Shown: piece by piece, positions 46,555 to 56,206 of the stretch
Numbering within the stretch: position 1 is the stretch's first letter
Layout of the letters: each line of letters opens with the position of its first letter
Assembly (NCBI GenBank): GCA_937896895.1
Contig: CALBNV010000078.1
Location: forward strand, 1,408 to 65,407
Direction of reading: 5' to 3'
Source of the DNA: an uncultured Bacteroidales bacterium
GTDB taxonomy: Bacteria; Bacteroidota; Bacteroidia; Bacteroidales; F082
DNA: 64,000 nucleotides
The notes under the pieces: generated by a model
Databases searched by the model: none
What the model was told of the DNA's origin: nothing
What the model saw: only the letters and a program-made list of their open reading frames with translations
Program-made: the position numbers and the translations under genes

Positions 46555-48201
46555 ATGAAGAGAATTTTATCGTTAATTGCTTTTCTGACAATGCTTTGCG
46601 GAGCATACGCACAGGTCGCACCGAGCCGTTACTGGGTGCAGTTCACCGACAAAAACAACTCGCCTTATTCAATTGACAGGCCGGAAGAGTTTCTTAGTCA
46701 GCGTTCTATCGACCGCCGCGTGAAATACGGCATAGAGATTGACGAGTTGGACATCCCTGTGAATCAGTGCTATATCAACGCTGTGGCTGAATGCGGGGCC
46801 GAAATCCTTAATCCTTCCAAGTGGCTTAATGGTGTGACAATCAGGACTTTTGATGAGTCAGTTCTCGATGATATAAATGCGTTGGAATTTGTTTCAGAAG
46901 TCCGTGCATGCGTCGATGAACCTGTAAAAAAGGAAATCAAGGACAAGTTTTATTTCGAAAATATACGTTATGAGATTGAGGGTAGAAATATCTGTGATAA
47001 TTATTATGGCTATGCCTATCCGCAGATAAATCAGTTGAACGGCATCGCAGTACATCAGGCTGGTTACACTGGTGAAGGCGTTTTGATTGGGATTTGTGAC
47101 GGAGGGTTCGCTGGTGCCGACAACATTGATCTCTTTGCGGCGGCCCGCAACGAAGGCCGGTTGCTCGGGACGCGCGATTTCGTCCACGGTGGCATCAATG
47201 TCTTCAACGAAAGCGCTCATGGCACCGCCGTATGGGGGCTTATCGGTGGCAAGATAGAAAACACATACGTCGGGACAGCCCCTGATGCCATGTTTTTCCT
47301 TTGCAGGACGGAAGATGTCGGATCGGAGAATGTCATAGAAGAATACAATTGGGTGTCGGGCGTCGAGCTTCTCGACAGCATCGGCGCCGACATCATGAAC
47401 TCGTCACTCGGCTATATCACTTTCGATGACCCTCTGATGAATCATACCTACGACCAGATGGATGGCAAGACATGCGTCGCCACGATAGGTGCCGAGATAG
47501 CCTGTTCACGCGGCATTATGGTGGTCAACTCCGCCGGCAACGAAGGCTCGGTGGGTAACGAATGGCGCTGGATGGGTGTGCCGGCTGACGGCGAGAACGT
47601 GTTCACGGTAGGCGCAGTCAATGTCAACGGGGTGCGCGCGGAGTTCAGTTCGATAGGACCAACAAGCGACAACAGGATAAAGCCTGACGTGATGGCTCAC
47701 GGACAGGATGTGTATGTCACTGGCAGCATGAACGACTGGTTCAGCCCAGGCAGCGGCACGTCGTTTTCATCGCCAGTCACTTGCGGAATGACGGCATGTC
47801 TCATGCAGGCGATGCCACAGAAAACACCAGCCGAAGTCAGAGACTGCATCAGAAGAGCAGGCAACAGGTCGGACAATCCAGATAGCTTCTATGGCTATGG
47901 CATCCCCGATTACATGGAAGCGCTGAATTTCCTGTCGATTTCCGAGACAGAAAACACATCTGATTTATGCATGAAAATCTATCCAAATCCATCAAATGGC
48001 GTTATTTTTGTTGATTTCGGCGTGGAAGGCGATAAAAACGTTCAGGTGTTCGATGTGTTAGGTAAAATGATTTATAATGTTGATATTCAAGATGATGACT
48101 CAAAGATTCAAGACTTTTTGACAAATTTGTCCTCAGGGGTGTATCTTGTGAAAATGACATCTGAATCACAAAATGAGACGTTGAAAGTCGTTAAGAATTA
48201 A
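46555..48201 (+). CDS. S8 family serine peptidase with T9SS C-terminal sorting domain
   Basis: 548 aa. The catalytic triad contexts are GICDGGF (Asp), AHGTAVW (His) and GTSFSSP (Ser). The C-terminus is IYPNPSNGVIFVDF...GVYLVKMTSESQNETLKVVKN. Confidence 0.85.
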   Translation: MKRILSLIAFLTMLCGAYAQVAPSRYWVQFTDKNNSPYSIDRPEEFLSQRSIDRRVKYGIEIDELDIPVNQCYINAVAECGAEILNPSKWLNGVTIRTFDESVLDDINALEFVSEVRACVDEPVKKEIKDKFYFENIRYEIEGRNICDNYYGYAYPQINQLNGIAVHQAGYTGEGVLIGICDGGFAGADNIDLFAAARNEGRLLGTRDFVHGGINVFNESAHGTAVWGLIGGKIENTYVGTAPDAMFFLCRTEDVGSENVIEEYNWVSGVELLDSIGADIMNSSLGYITFDDPLMNHTYDQMDGKTCVATIGAEIACSRGIMVVNSAGNEGSVGNEWRWMGVPADGENVFTVGAVNVNGVRAEFSSIGPTSDNRIKPDVMAHGQDVYVTGSMNDWFSPGSGTSFSSPVTCGMTACLMQAMPQKTPAEVRDCIRRAGNRSDNPDSFYGYGIPDYMEALNFLSISETENTSDLCMKIYPNPSNGVIFVDFGVEGDKNVQVFDVLGKMIYNVDIQDDDSKIQDFLTNLSSGVYLVKMTSESQNETLKVVKN

Positions 48202-48348
48202 ATAGTTGCAGAATATTTAAAATTTTTTTGAAAAAAATCGTTGCGAAAGTGTTGCACGTATTGAAAAAATATGTATTTTTGCGGCGTCTTTTGAGAGGGA
48301 GTTAAATGCTAAAGGTTCTTTGAGAAACTCCTGATCGGAGATGGCGAA

Positions 48349-48435
48349 GCCCAGGTGGTGAAATTGGTAGACACGCTACTTTGAGGGGGTAGTGACGAAT
48401 GCGTCATGCAAGTTCGACTCTTGTCCTGGGCACCA
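48349..48435 (+). tRNA. tRNA-Leu (anticodon GAG), CCA encoded
   Basis: Folded by hand. The acceptor stem is GCCCAGG/CCTGGGC and the D-arm is GTG-AAATTGGTAGA-CAC. The anticodon stem CTACT/GGTAG carries loop TTGAGGG. It has a long variable arm and T-loop TTCGACT. Confidence 0.85.
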
Positions 48436-48461
48436 ACGGAATCCAAGAAATTCCACCCAAA

Positions 48462-48545
48462 GCCCATGTGGTGAAATTGGTAAACACGCTACATTCAGGG
48501 TGTAGTGAGCGGACGCTCTTGGAAGTTCGAGTCTTCTCATGGGCA
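48462..48545 (+). tRNA. tRNA-Leu (anticodon CAG)
   Basis: The acceptor stem is GCCCATG/CATGGGC. The anticodon stem CTACA/TGTAG carries loop TTCAGGG. It has a long variable arm and T-loop TTCGAGT. Confidence 0.85.
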
Positions 48546-48556
48546 CAGAAACAGAA

Positions 48557-48579
48557 TCGGCAAATGCCGATTTTTTTTT
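48557..48579 (+). terminator. rho-independent terminator after the tRNA pair
   Basis: TCGGC-AAAT-GCCGA followed by nine T residues. Confidence 0.75.
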
Positions 48580-48773
48580 GTACATACATTGATTTTAAAG
48601 TCTATGAAATTTGTTGATGATAAAAAACAAAAAAAGACTTGCGTTGCTTAAAAATGTTATTTATCTTTGCGAAATTTTTCTTATGTAGGAAAAATGAATT
48701 TGATACGATAGAATCAAGATATTCAGAGATTTATGAAGGTTGCGTTAATAGAAATATAATAGAAAAATAGACA

Positions 48774-49754
48774 ATGGCAAATTTCGCTTTAATAGGTGTT
48801 GCAGGATATATCGCACCACGTCATTTGAAAGCAATAGCTGACACGGGCAACAAGCTTGTGGCCGCATACGACAGGTTCGACAGCGTCGGACGTCTCGACA
48901 GTTTCTTCCCCGATTGCTCGTTCTTTACGGAACAGGAGCAGTTCGACAGATTCTGCAGCAAGGTTAAGGGCACTGACGAAAACATCGACTGGCTGTCGGT
49001 CTGTACTCCTAACTACACACACGACGCGTTCATCCGCTACGGCCTTCGTATCGGTGCCAACGTCATCTGCGAGAAACCTGTGGTGCTAAACCCGTGGAAT
49101 ATAGATGCGTTGATGAAAGTGGAGGAGGAGACAGGCATGAAAGCCTATAACATATTGCAGCTCAGACTTCATGACAGCATCGTGGCCCTGAAAAAGAAAG
49201 TGGAGGAAGGCCCGAAAGACAAGATTTACAACATTGATTTGACATATATCACATCGCGTGGCAAATGGTATTATTCGTCATGGAAAGGCGACAACCACAA
49301 GAGCGGCGGCGTCGCCACGAATATCGGAGTGCATTTCTACGACATGCTACAGTGGATTTTCGGTCCGGTGCAGGAGAACATAGTTCACGTGATGAGCTTC
49401 GACCGTGTGGCGGGCTATCTCGGACTGAAGAACGCCAGGGTGCGTTATTTCTTGAGTATCAATGCCGAATGCCTTCCGCCAAATGCGGTTCAGGGTGAAA
49501 AGAAAACGTACCGCACGCTGAATATCGACGGCGATGAGTTCGAGTTCAGCGAGGGGTTCACCGAACTTCACACAAAGAGTTATCAGAACATCTTGGCTGG
49601 CAATGGATTCAGAATCTCGGAGGCACGGAACTGCATCCAGATTGTACACGACATACGTAATTCAAAGCCAATCGGTCTTGTCGGTGACTATCATCCGCTT
49701 GCGAAGATGCCATTGGCGAAGCATCCGTTCGGGTGGGAAGATGTAATGTATTGA
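48774..49754 (+). CDS. Gfo/Idh/MocA family oxidoreductase (WbpB-like sugar-nucleotide dehydrogenase)
   Basis: 326 aa. The N-terminal Rossmann segment is FALIGVAGYIAPRHLKAI, with ICEKP and the SWKGDxxKSGG pattern. It is the first gene of the glycan locus. Confidence 0.8.
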   Translation: MANFALIGVAGYIAPRHLKAIADTGNKLVAAYDRFDSVGRLDSFFPDCSFFTEQEQFDRFCSKVKGTDENIDWLSVCTPNYTHDAFIRYGLRIGANVICEKPVVLNPWNIDALMKVEEETGMKAYNILQLRLHDSIVALKKKVEEGPKDKIYNIDLTYITSRGKWYYSSWKGDNHKSGGVATNIGVHFYDMLQWIFGPVQENIVHVMSFDRVAGYLGLKNARVRYFLSINAECLPPNAVQGEKKTYRTLNIDGDEFEFSEGFTELHTKSYQNILAGNGFRISEARNCIQIVHDIRNSKPIGLVGDYHPLAKMPLAKHPFGWEDVMY

Positions 49755-49781
49755 GTATTTGAGGATTTAAAGGCATCGGAA

Positions 49782-50915
49782 TTGATAGAAGAGAATAAGA
49801 TACCGGTTTTTAACAACGTCCGCGAAGGTGACATTGTCAGGTGGTGCAAGAGACACCAGAAAGGTATCTCCAACGATGTCGCGTTCGACATATCATCTCT
49901 GAAAGACGAAGAGCTTGAAAAGGTTTTCAGGGTTCTGTTTAAGCCTATAACGGATGAAAATGTTGCGTGGTTGAGAAGATATTCGGCCGACAGCTTCAAT
50001 GTGCCCGACGGTACGGCTCATGTCGTTCTTGCCGAATGGCTTCTTAACAACCAGCGTTATCTTAACAGATATTTGATTTCTGTAAATCAAAAGCTTGAGA
50101 CCGGTGGTTATCTGATTGCCTCATTCGAGACGGCGAAAAAACGCCACGACAAATATTACAAGGCGGGGCATCCGAGGTGGTTTGCGAGACTGCTGTACGG
50201 ATTCGATTTCTTCTGGCATCGCATGTGCCCTAAGATGAAGCTGACCAAGAAGTTCTATTTCTGTGTCACCGGAAAAGTCAGACGTGCATTACCGCGTGTA
50301 GAGGTGCTTGGCAGACTGTATTATTGCGGCTTCGAGTTATATAGGGAGCTGTATGTCGGCGAACATTATTTCATCATCGCAAAAAAAGTTAAGGAACCGA
50401 GCACGGATGAACATCCGTCGTACAGCCCTCTGATCAAACTGAAGAGAGTGGGCAAGGACGGTAAGATAATAAACGTATATAAGTGCCGCTCGATGTACGC
50501 CTATTCAGAGTATCTTCAGAAAGAGATGTTCGACTCAAACAATCTCGACAAGGGAGGCAAGATACACGATGACTTCCGCATCACCGAGTGGGGACGCATC
50601 ATGCGGAAGTACTGGATTGATGAGTGGCCGATGTTTATCAATGTGTTGAAGGGAGAAATGACAATAATCGGCGTGAGGCCGTTGAGCCAGCATTATTTCA
50701 GTCTGTATTCGCCTGAACTTCAGCAGCTCAGGACGAAATTCAAGCCCGGAATGCTGCCTCCGTTCTATGCTGACAATCCGGAAACGCTTGAGGAAATCCA
50801 GGAAAGTGAGATGCGTTACCTGAAAGCGTATGAGAAACACAAGCTGCGCACAAAGTGGGTGTATTTCTGGAAAATCATGAAGAATATCTTGATTAAACAC
50901 AAACGTTCCAACTGA
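49782..50915 (+). CDS. sugar transferase (bacterial sugar transferase/phosphoglycosyl-transferase catalytic domain at C-terminus)
   Basis: The C-terminal region KCRSMY...DDFRITEWGRIMRKYWIDEWPMFINVLKGEMTIIGVRP is characteristic. The N-terminal 200 aa or so is unassigned. The only in-frame start near the 5' end is TTG 49782, so the start is uncertain. Confidence 0.7.
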   Translation: MIEENKIPVFNNVREGDIVRWCKRHQKGISNDVAFDISSLKDEELEKVFRVLFKPITDENVAWLRRYSADSFNVPDGTAHVVLAEWLLNNQRYLNRYLISVNQKLETGGYLIASFETAKKRHDKYYKAGHPRWFARLLYGFDFFWHRMCPKMKLTKKFYFCVTGKVRRALPRVEVLGRLYYCGFELYRELYVGEHYFIIAKKVKEPSTDEHPSYSPLIKLKRVGKDGKIINVYKCRSMYAYSEYLQKEMFDSNNLDKGGKIHDDFRITEWGRIMRKYWIDEWPMFINVLKGEMTIIGVRPLSQHYFSLYSPELQQLRTKFKPGMLPPFYADNPETLEEIQESEMRYLKAYEKHKLRTKWVYFWKIMKNILIKHKRSN

Positions 50916-51193
50916 TTTTATCTTAAGATTGACGCTGTTTTGGATGTTGAAATAAGGTTGATAATTTTATTAAAAATGTCAATGCTGTGTGTCAATCAAT
51001 GAAAAACAAATGTTATATTTGCACTTTTGGGAATTTAGACGCATGAAAGAAACTGTCAATGCGGAAAAACTTGACGGTATCTTTGTAACGTCTTGATTTT
51101 TATCTGATTATTGGAATGCCTATTGGGTCAGATGTGACTCAAGGGGCGAAGCTATGCAAAGACATCAGTGTGTTTTTTTGAGTAATTTCACGC

Positions 51194-52042
51194 ATGAGAG
51201 AAGATAATTGGGATGTAGTGATTAAGCCGAAGGACCGCATGTTGGCCATCGACTTCAAGGAGATGTGGCGCTACCGCGACCTCTTCACGCTTTTTGTCAG
51301 GAGGGATATATCGACCGCATATAAGCAGACAGTGCTCGGACCGCTCTGGTGGATCATCAACCCGGTGCTGTCGATGGTCGTCATGGTGGTGGTTTTCGGA
51401 GGCATAGTCGGCATTCCGACGGATGGTGTGCCGGCGACAATGTTCTACCTGCTCGGCCCGGCGGTGTGGGGGTATTTCTCAAGTTGTCTGACAGCTACTT
51501 CCAACTCATTCGTAACCAATTCAAACATCTTCGGGAAGGTCTATTTCCCGAGGATGATAATGCCGTTTGTGGCGGTAACGACAAATTTGGTCTCGTTTGG
51601 GGTGCAGATGCTGATCTTCGCCGGATTCTACACATACTATGTGGCAACAGGCGTGTCGATAGCACCCAATCTTGTCGGGCTTCTTTTCCCGTTCCTCGTT
51701 GTGATGCTCGCACTCACGGCGGCTGGCTTCGGCATGGTGGTGTCTTCGATGACGACAAAATACAGGGATTTGCAGTTGGTGTTCACATATTTTGTGAATC
51801 TGTGGATGTATGTCACGCCGGTGATATATCCTTTGAGCATGGTGACGAACCCGAAGCTTCACACTCTGATGTCGTTGAACCCGGTGACGCCGATACTCGA
51901 AGCCGTGAAATACGGCCTGATGGGAGTCGGCGACTTCAGCTGGCTGTGGCTCGGTTATAGTTTTGTGTTTATGGTGGTTCTGTTGGCATTCGGCATCATT
52001 GTCTTCAACAGGACACAGAAATCGTTTATGGATACGGTTTGA
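51194..52042 (+). CDS. ABC-2 type polysaccharide export permease (Wzm-like), copy 1
   Basis: 282 aa, 6 TM, with the pattern FKEMWRYRDLFTLFVRRDISTAYKQTVLGPLWWIINP. Confidence 0.85.
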   Translation: MREDNWDVVIKPKDRMLAIDFKEMWRYRDLFTLFVRRDISTAYKQTVLGPLWWIINPVLSMVVMVVVFGGIVGIPTDGVPATMFYLLGPAVWGYFSSCLTATSNSFVTNSNIFGKVYFPRMIMPFVAVTTNLVSFGVQMLIFAGFYTYYVATGVSIAPNLVGLLFPFLVVMLALTAAGFGMVVSSMTTKYRDLQLVFTYFVNLWMYVTPVIYPLSMVTNPKLHTLMSLNPVTPILEAVKYGLMGVGDFSWLWLGYSFVFMVVLLAFGIIVFNRTQKSFMDTV

Positions 52043-52114
52043 CCAAAACCAAAACTAAAACCAAAACTAAAACCAAAACCCAAACCCAAATCGAAACTAA
52101 AACTAAAAGCAAAA
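52043..52114. repeat. 12 tandem hexamers (C[CT]AAAA-like)
   Basis: CCAAAA CCAAAA CTAAAA CCAAAA CTAAAA CCAAAA CCCAAA CCCAAA TCGAAA CTAAAA CTAAAA GCAAAA. The array starts immediately after the wzm1 stop codon and is complementary to the GGTTTT-type tract at 52489-52519. Confidence 0.9.
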
Positions 52115-52118
52115 TTAT

Positions 52119-52472
52119 ATGAGGAACTTTAAGAATTATAAGGTGTGGAGGGATGCTGTTGATTTTTCCACAAAAATTTATCAGGTGACTGATAAAATGC
52201 CTTGGTTTGAGAAAAAAGGACTGTGTGATCAGTTGCAGAGGGCATCAGTGTCAATTAGCTCTAATATAGCTGAAGGCTGTGCGAGACATTCTGACTCTGA
52301 TTTTTCACATTTTTTAGATATAGCACTTGGATCTGCTAATGAAGTTGAAACTCAATTGATTATATCGAAAAATGTTGGTTATATAGAAGAAAAAATATTT
52401 TGTGAATTAATTGGTGGTGTCCGAGATATTCAAAAACAAATATCCGGACTGATAAAGATAATCCGAAAGTAA
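52119..52472 (+). CDS. four-helix-bundle protein (23S rRNA intervening-sequence protein family)
   Basis: 117 aa (FKNYKVWRDAVDFSTKIYQVTDKMP...LCDQLQRASVSISSNIAEGCAR...FLDIALGSANEVETQL), which is the family hallmark. Confidence 0.85.
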   Translation: MRNFKNYKVWRDAVDFSTKIYQVTDKMPWFEKKGLCDQLQRASVSISSNIAEGCARHSDSDFSHFLDIALGSANEVETQLIISKNVGYIEEKIFCELIGGVRDIQKQISGLIKIIRK

Positions 52473-52488
52473 TCAAACCACTCTTAAT

Positions 52489-52519
52489 GGTTTTGGTTAT
52501 GGTTAAGGTTTTTGGTTTG
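52489..52519. repeat. GGTTTT-type simple repeat, inverted partner of 52043-52114
   Basis: GGTTTTGGTTATGGTTAAGGTTTTTGGTTTG. Its reverse complement is CAAACCAAAAACCTTAACCATAACCAAAACC. Confidence 0.8.
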
Positions 52520-52522
52520 ATT

Positions 52523-53365
52523 ATGGAGAATTTCACGACAGAGATAAAACCCAAGGACAAGCTGTTCAACCTTGATTTGAAGGAGGTCTGGGCGAAGAAG
52601 TATCTGCTTTGGCTGTTCATCAAGCGTGACATCCTCGTGCAGTTCAAGCAGACGATCTTCGGTTTGGGGTGGTATTTCATCTCGCCATTGATTTCCACTG
52701 GCATTTACATCATCATATTCAGCCGCGTGGCGGGCATCCCGACCGATGGCATCCCGCAGCCGTTGTTCTATCTTTCCGGTGTGTGTCTGTGGAACTATTT
52801 CTCGCAGTGCCTGACCAAGATTTCCGAGACTTTTTCCTCGAATGCCGACCTTTTCGGAAAGGTGTATTTTCCGAGGCTGATAATACCGATTTCGCAGGTG
52901 GTGTCGCATCTTTTCAGGTTCTCGATCCAGATGGCATTGTTTGTGGTAGTTTATGTTGTCTATGCGATTCTCGGCACGCATGTAAGTCCGAACTGGTACC
53001 TGTTGCTGTTCCCTGTTTTGGTGTTCATGCTTGGGTTCACGGCGATGGGTTTAGGGTTGATAATCACATCGATGACGACGAAATACCGCGACCTGAAGAA
53101 TTTCTTCGGAGTGTTTGTCTCATTGTGGATGTATGCCACGCCGGTTGTGTATCCAATGAGTGTAATAAAGAACGAGACGTTGGCAAACATCATGAGGCTC
53201 AATCCGTTGACATCCATCACAGAGGCGTTCAAGTACGGTGCCATGGGCGCCGGCGAGTTCAGCTGGGGCTGGCTCGCCTACAGTTTCGGCATCATGGTTG
53301 CGTTGCTGCTGATTGGCATGCTGATGTTCAACAGGAGGCAGAAGGTGTTTATTGACACTATATGA
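52523..53365 (+). CDS. ABC-2 type polysaccharide export permease (Wzm-like), copy 2
   Basis: 280 aa from ATG 52523 (MENFTTEIKPKD). By eye it is roughly half identical to copy 1 along its whole length. The track start at 52487 translates the simple repeat. Confidence 0.85.
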   Translation: MENFTTEIKPKDKLFNLDLKEVWAKKYLLWLFIKRDILVQFKQTIFGLGWYFISPLISTGIYIIIFSRVAGIPTDGIPQPLFYLSGVCLWNYFSQCLTKISETFSSNADLFGKVYFPRLIIPISQVVSHLFRFSIQMALFVVVYVVYAILGTHVSPNWYLLLFPVLVFMLGFTAMGLGLIITSMTTKYRDLKNFFGVFVSLWMYATPVVYPMSVIKNETLANIMRLNPLTSITEAFKYGAMGAGEFSWGWLAYSFGIMVALLLIGMLMFNRRQKVFIDTI

Positions 53366-53850
53366 TATGGAAAAGATAACATTATGCAAGTAAAACATAA
53401 TGTTTGTTAAGCATAATAAGAAGTTTATAAAGACTCTCTCATACTTCATCGGAGACCCGTTTTCCAGGCGTTTTTTGTTGGAATGAGAAATGCGTTCCTG
53501 ATGAAAAGAAACAGATTAAATGTGGGATATTGTTTTTTGCACAACGCAAACAAAGGTTTGATTCTTCGCATTGGTCCAGACAAAGGTGGGAGATTTTGAG
53601 TAGTAACAAACCTAAATATAAAACAACCGTGCATCGCCTAAGTGCAACTCCGCTGTAACTTAAATTTTGGTATATTTTTCAAAGGTGATGATAGAGAGTG
53701 TCGAGAGACCCTTGGCCGACCCTCGACCAAAAAAAGATAGTTAAAACACAGAGAAAGAACAGATGAAACAATAACCTCACGCGCTAAAATGTATATAACT
53801 AATATATATTAACAATCTGTAACCGTTCACAAAATTGGATAATAGACAAA

Positions 53851-54465
53851 ATGTTTAAATTTAGAAAAATCAAAAGATGGTATAAGGAGTGGTATTTTAA
53901 AAGGTATGGTATAGATAAAAAAGATTACGCCAAAATTTCATCTTTTGGACTGCCCATACTGGATATAAAAGGACACCTTCAAATTGACACTAGAATTCAT
54001 CTGACAAATACATTATCAGAATCAACGTTAGGTGTAAATAGACCATGTAAATTTCTCATTTACGAAAACGCATATCTTCATTTTAAAGGATATTGTGGAA
54101 TGAGTAATACCGTAATCATTGCAGCAAAAGGTATTACAATTGGAGAACGGGTAATTATAGGTGCAGGCTGCACAATTATGGATACAGACTGCCATTCCTT
54201 GGAGCCTACGGAATGGATGACAGAGGAAGATGAGTTACATGCGCAAAAAAAAGAGATTGTAATTGGAGACAATGTATTTCTTGGAACACAATGTATAATA
54301 TTAAAGGGCGTCCATATAGGTGACAATTCTATAATTGCGGCAGGTTCTGTAGTTTCTAGAGATGTTCCTGCAAATCAAATATGGGGAGGTAATCCCGCAA
54401 TGTATCTTAAGGAAAATAGTTTCAATTCTTCACATGAAAATTTCCATAATAATACCCACCTTTAA
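53851..54465 (+). CDS. hexapeptide-repeat (LbH) acetyltransferase
   Basis: 204 aa with left-handed beta-helix repeats (IGERVIIGAGCTIMD...IGDNVFLGTQCIILKGVHIGDNSIIAAGSVV). Confidence 0.8.
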   Translation: MFKFRKIKRWYKEWYFKRYGIDKKDYAKISSFGLPILDIKGHLQIDTRIHLTNTLSESTLGVNRPCKFLIYENAYLHFKGYCGMSNTVIIAAKGITIGERVIIGAGCTIMDTDCHSLEPTEWMTEEDELHAQKKEIVIGDNVFLGTQCIILKGVHIGDNSIIAAGSVVSRDVPANQIWGGNPAMYLKENSFNSSHENFHNNTHL

Positions 54466-55222
54466 TAGCTCAAAGATTGTTCATCGTGCGCTTGAAAGTA
54501 TAGTATTCCAAACATATCAAAATTGGGAAGTGCTTCTTATGGATGGGGCATCCACAGATGATACAGTGCGTGTTGCAGAGTCTTTTGCCGACTCTCGTAT
54601 TCTTATCTATTCAGAGCCAGACGAAGGAATTTACGACGTCATGAATAAAGGTATTGACAGAGCAACTGGCGATTGGCTTTACTTTTTAGGTAGTGATGAC
54701 TGTTTGTACAATGAGCATTCGTTGGAACTAATAGCCCAAGAGTTAGATGATAAATACGATGTTGTATATGGTGATGTTAATTCGGAATTGCCAATAACAC
54801 ATAAGGGCGAGTGGAAATTAGAGACTCTTCTGGCTAATAGATGTCATCAGTGTATCTTCTATCGCCGCTCTTTCTTTGGTGATTCGCTTCGCTATAATCT
54901 GCGGTATCGTTTTTTAGCTGATTATGACATAAATCTTCGTTGGTTTTTAGGGAAGACTTATAATTCAAAATATGTTCCGATTACTATTGCGTATTATGGT
55001 ATGAATGGTGTTAGTGCCAATCCTGAAAACACAAAGAATGATTTGTTATGGCAAGATATTGGTTTAAATTTGCTCCGCTATGGATGGAGAACATTACCAC
55101 CTATATACAAGAAACGTGCTGCGAGGCTTTGGGCAGATCATACCAAAAGTATTTTCCAATATGTGATAGCAAAAATGATTTGGAGTTATTATTTTGTTAT
55201 TTCAAAAATTGTAAAAGAGTAG
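54434..55222 (+). CDS. glycosyltransferase family 2
   Basis: Starts MKISIIIPTFNSSKIVHRALESI from ATG 54434, with motifs LMDGASTDDT and GSDD. Confidence 0.8.
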   Translation: MKISIIIPTFNSSKIVHRALESIVFQTYQNWEVLLMDGASTDDTVRVAESFADSRILIYSEPDEGIYDVMNKGIDRATGDWLYFLGSDDCLYNEHSLELIAQELDDKYDVVYGDVNSELPITHKGEWKLETLLANRCHQCIFYRRSFFGDSLRYNLRYRFLADYDINLRWFLGKTYNSKYVPITIAYYGMNGVSANPENTKNDLLWQDIGLNLLRYGWRTLPPIYKKRAARLWADHTKSIFQYVIAKMIWSYYFVISKIVKE

Positions 55223-55279
55223 ACATTTTAGTTGTCCTTTGTTTACTATCCAAGATATACAACGTTAGCGTATTAGAAT

Positions 55280-56203
55280 ATGAATAGCACCCCTCTCGTT
55301 TCGGTTATCATTCCAAACTATAATCATGCTCGGTATTTGGATCAGCGCATACAGACTGTGCTGAATCAGACATATCAAAACTTCGAGGTTATCATCTTAG
55401 ATGACTGCTCGACGGATAATAGTCTTGAGGTGATTGCCAAATACAAAGATAACCATCATGTTTCGCAAGTGGTCGTCAATGAACAGAACTCTGGTAGCAC
55501 CTTCAAACAATGGGACAAAGGCATACATCTTGCCAATGGCGAACTTATCTGGATTGCAGAAAGTGATGACTATTGCGAGTTGAATATGTTGGAGGAACTA
55601 GTGAAAGCAATGATGAAAAAGAAGAATGTAGTTGTAGCATTTTCATCATTTGTAATATTTTCCGATGACGGATATATTAGTAAAGCCAAAGAAAGAGGAA
55701 CATTATATTTTAGAAGTCCACAATTTATTTCTAAACGAATGTTGCGTGGTAATGTAATAATGAATGCGAGTGGTGCAATCTTTAACAAAGAAATCTATCA
55801 TCAGATTTCACAAAATTTTCAAACTTTTCAAAGTGCTGGAGATTATATGTTTTGGACAGAGGTCGTGGCGTTCGGTGAAATAGCAATGGTAAAGAAAAAT
55901 TTAACTTACTTTAGAATACATACTGGTTCTGTTACGAGCGATAATGTCTCAAAAGGTGTTACGCCATTTGAGGAAAAAAGAGTGTTTGATTATATTTGTC
56001 AACATTATGTTCCTTCGAAATGGCAAAAACATATTGCTCGTTCAATTAGAAATAAGGCATTCTCAGCTCGAAATTTTGATTCAATGGAAATAAAAAGTAG
56101 AATACTTAGATGTTGGAAAATTGAGCATCATGTACCGCTATTAGAAAAGTGCTATTTATTATTGTCTCATTTTTTGGAGAACCATTTAGAAATAATTATT
56201 TAG
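55280..56203 (+). CDS. glycosyltransferase family 2
   Basis: Contains VSVIIPNYNHARYLDQRIQTVLNQTY, ILDDCSTDNS and AESDD. Confidence 0.85.
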   Translation: MNSTPLVSVIIPNYNHARYLDQRIQTVLNQTYQNFEVIILDDCSTDNSLEVIAKYKDNHHVSQVVVNEQNSGSTFKQWDKGIHLANGELIWIAESDDYCELNMLEELVKAMMKKKNVVVAFSSFVIFSDDGYISKAKERGTLYFRSPQFISKRMLRGNVIMNASGAIFNKEIYHQISQNFQTFQSAGDYMFWTEVVAFGEIAMVKKNLTYFRIHTGSVTSDNVSKGVTPFEEKRVFDYICQHYVPSKWQKHIARSIRNKAFSARNFDSMEIKSRILRCWKIEHHVPLLEKCYLLLSHFLENHLEIII

Positions 56204-56206
56204 TTT

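Noticed and set aside
52487-52522. Track start codon at 52487 for the second wzm (MVLVMVKVFGLI...)
   Set aside because: These 12 codons are the translation of the GGTTTT-type simple repeat. Alignment with the first Wzm paralogue begins at MENFTTEIKPKD (ATG 52523).
48349-53365. The idea that the glycan locus is a tRNA-Leu-integrated genomic island
   Set aside because: There is no integrase and no direct repeat of the tRNA 3' end. The genes immediately after the tRNAs (oxidoreductase, sugar transferase, wzm) have host-like, higher GC. Only the inner glycosyltransferase blocks look foreign.
53385-53640. Broken reading frames (for example HNKKFIKTLSYFIGDPFSRRFLLE-stop) in the gap upstream of the acetyltransferase, considered as a decayed gene
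   Set aside because: I cannot assign them to any family by eye. They are mentioned only as a possible recombination scar within the low-GC cassette finding.
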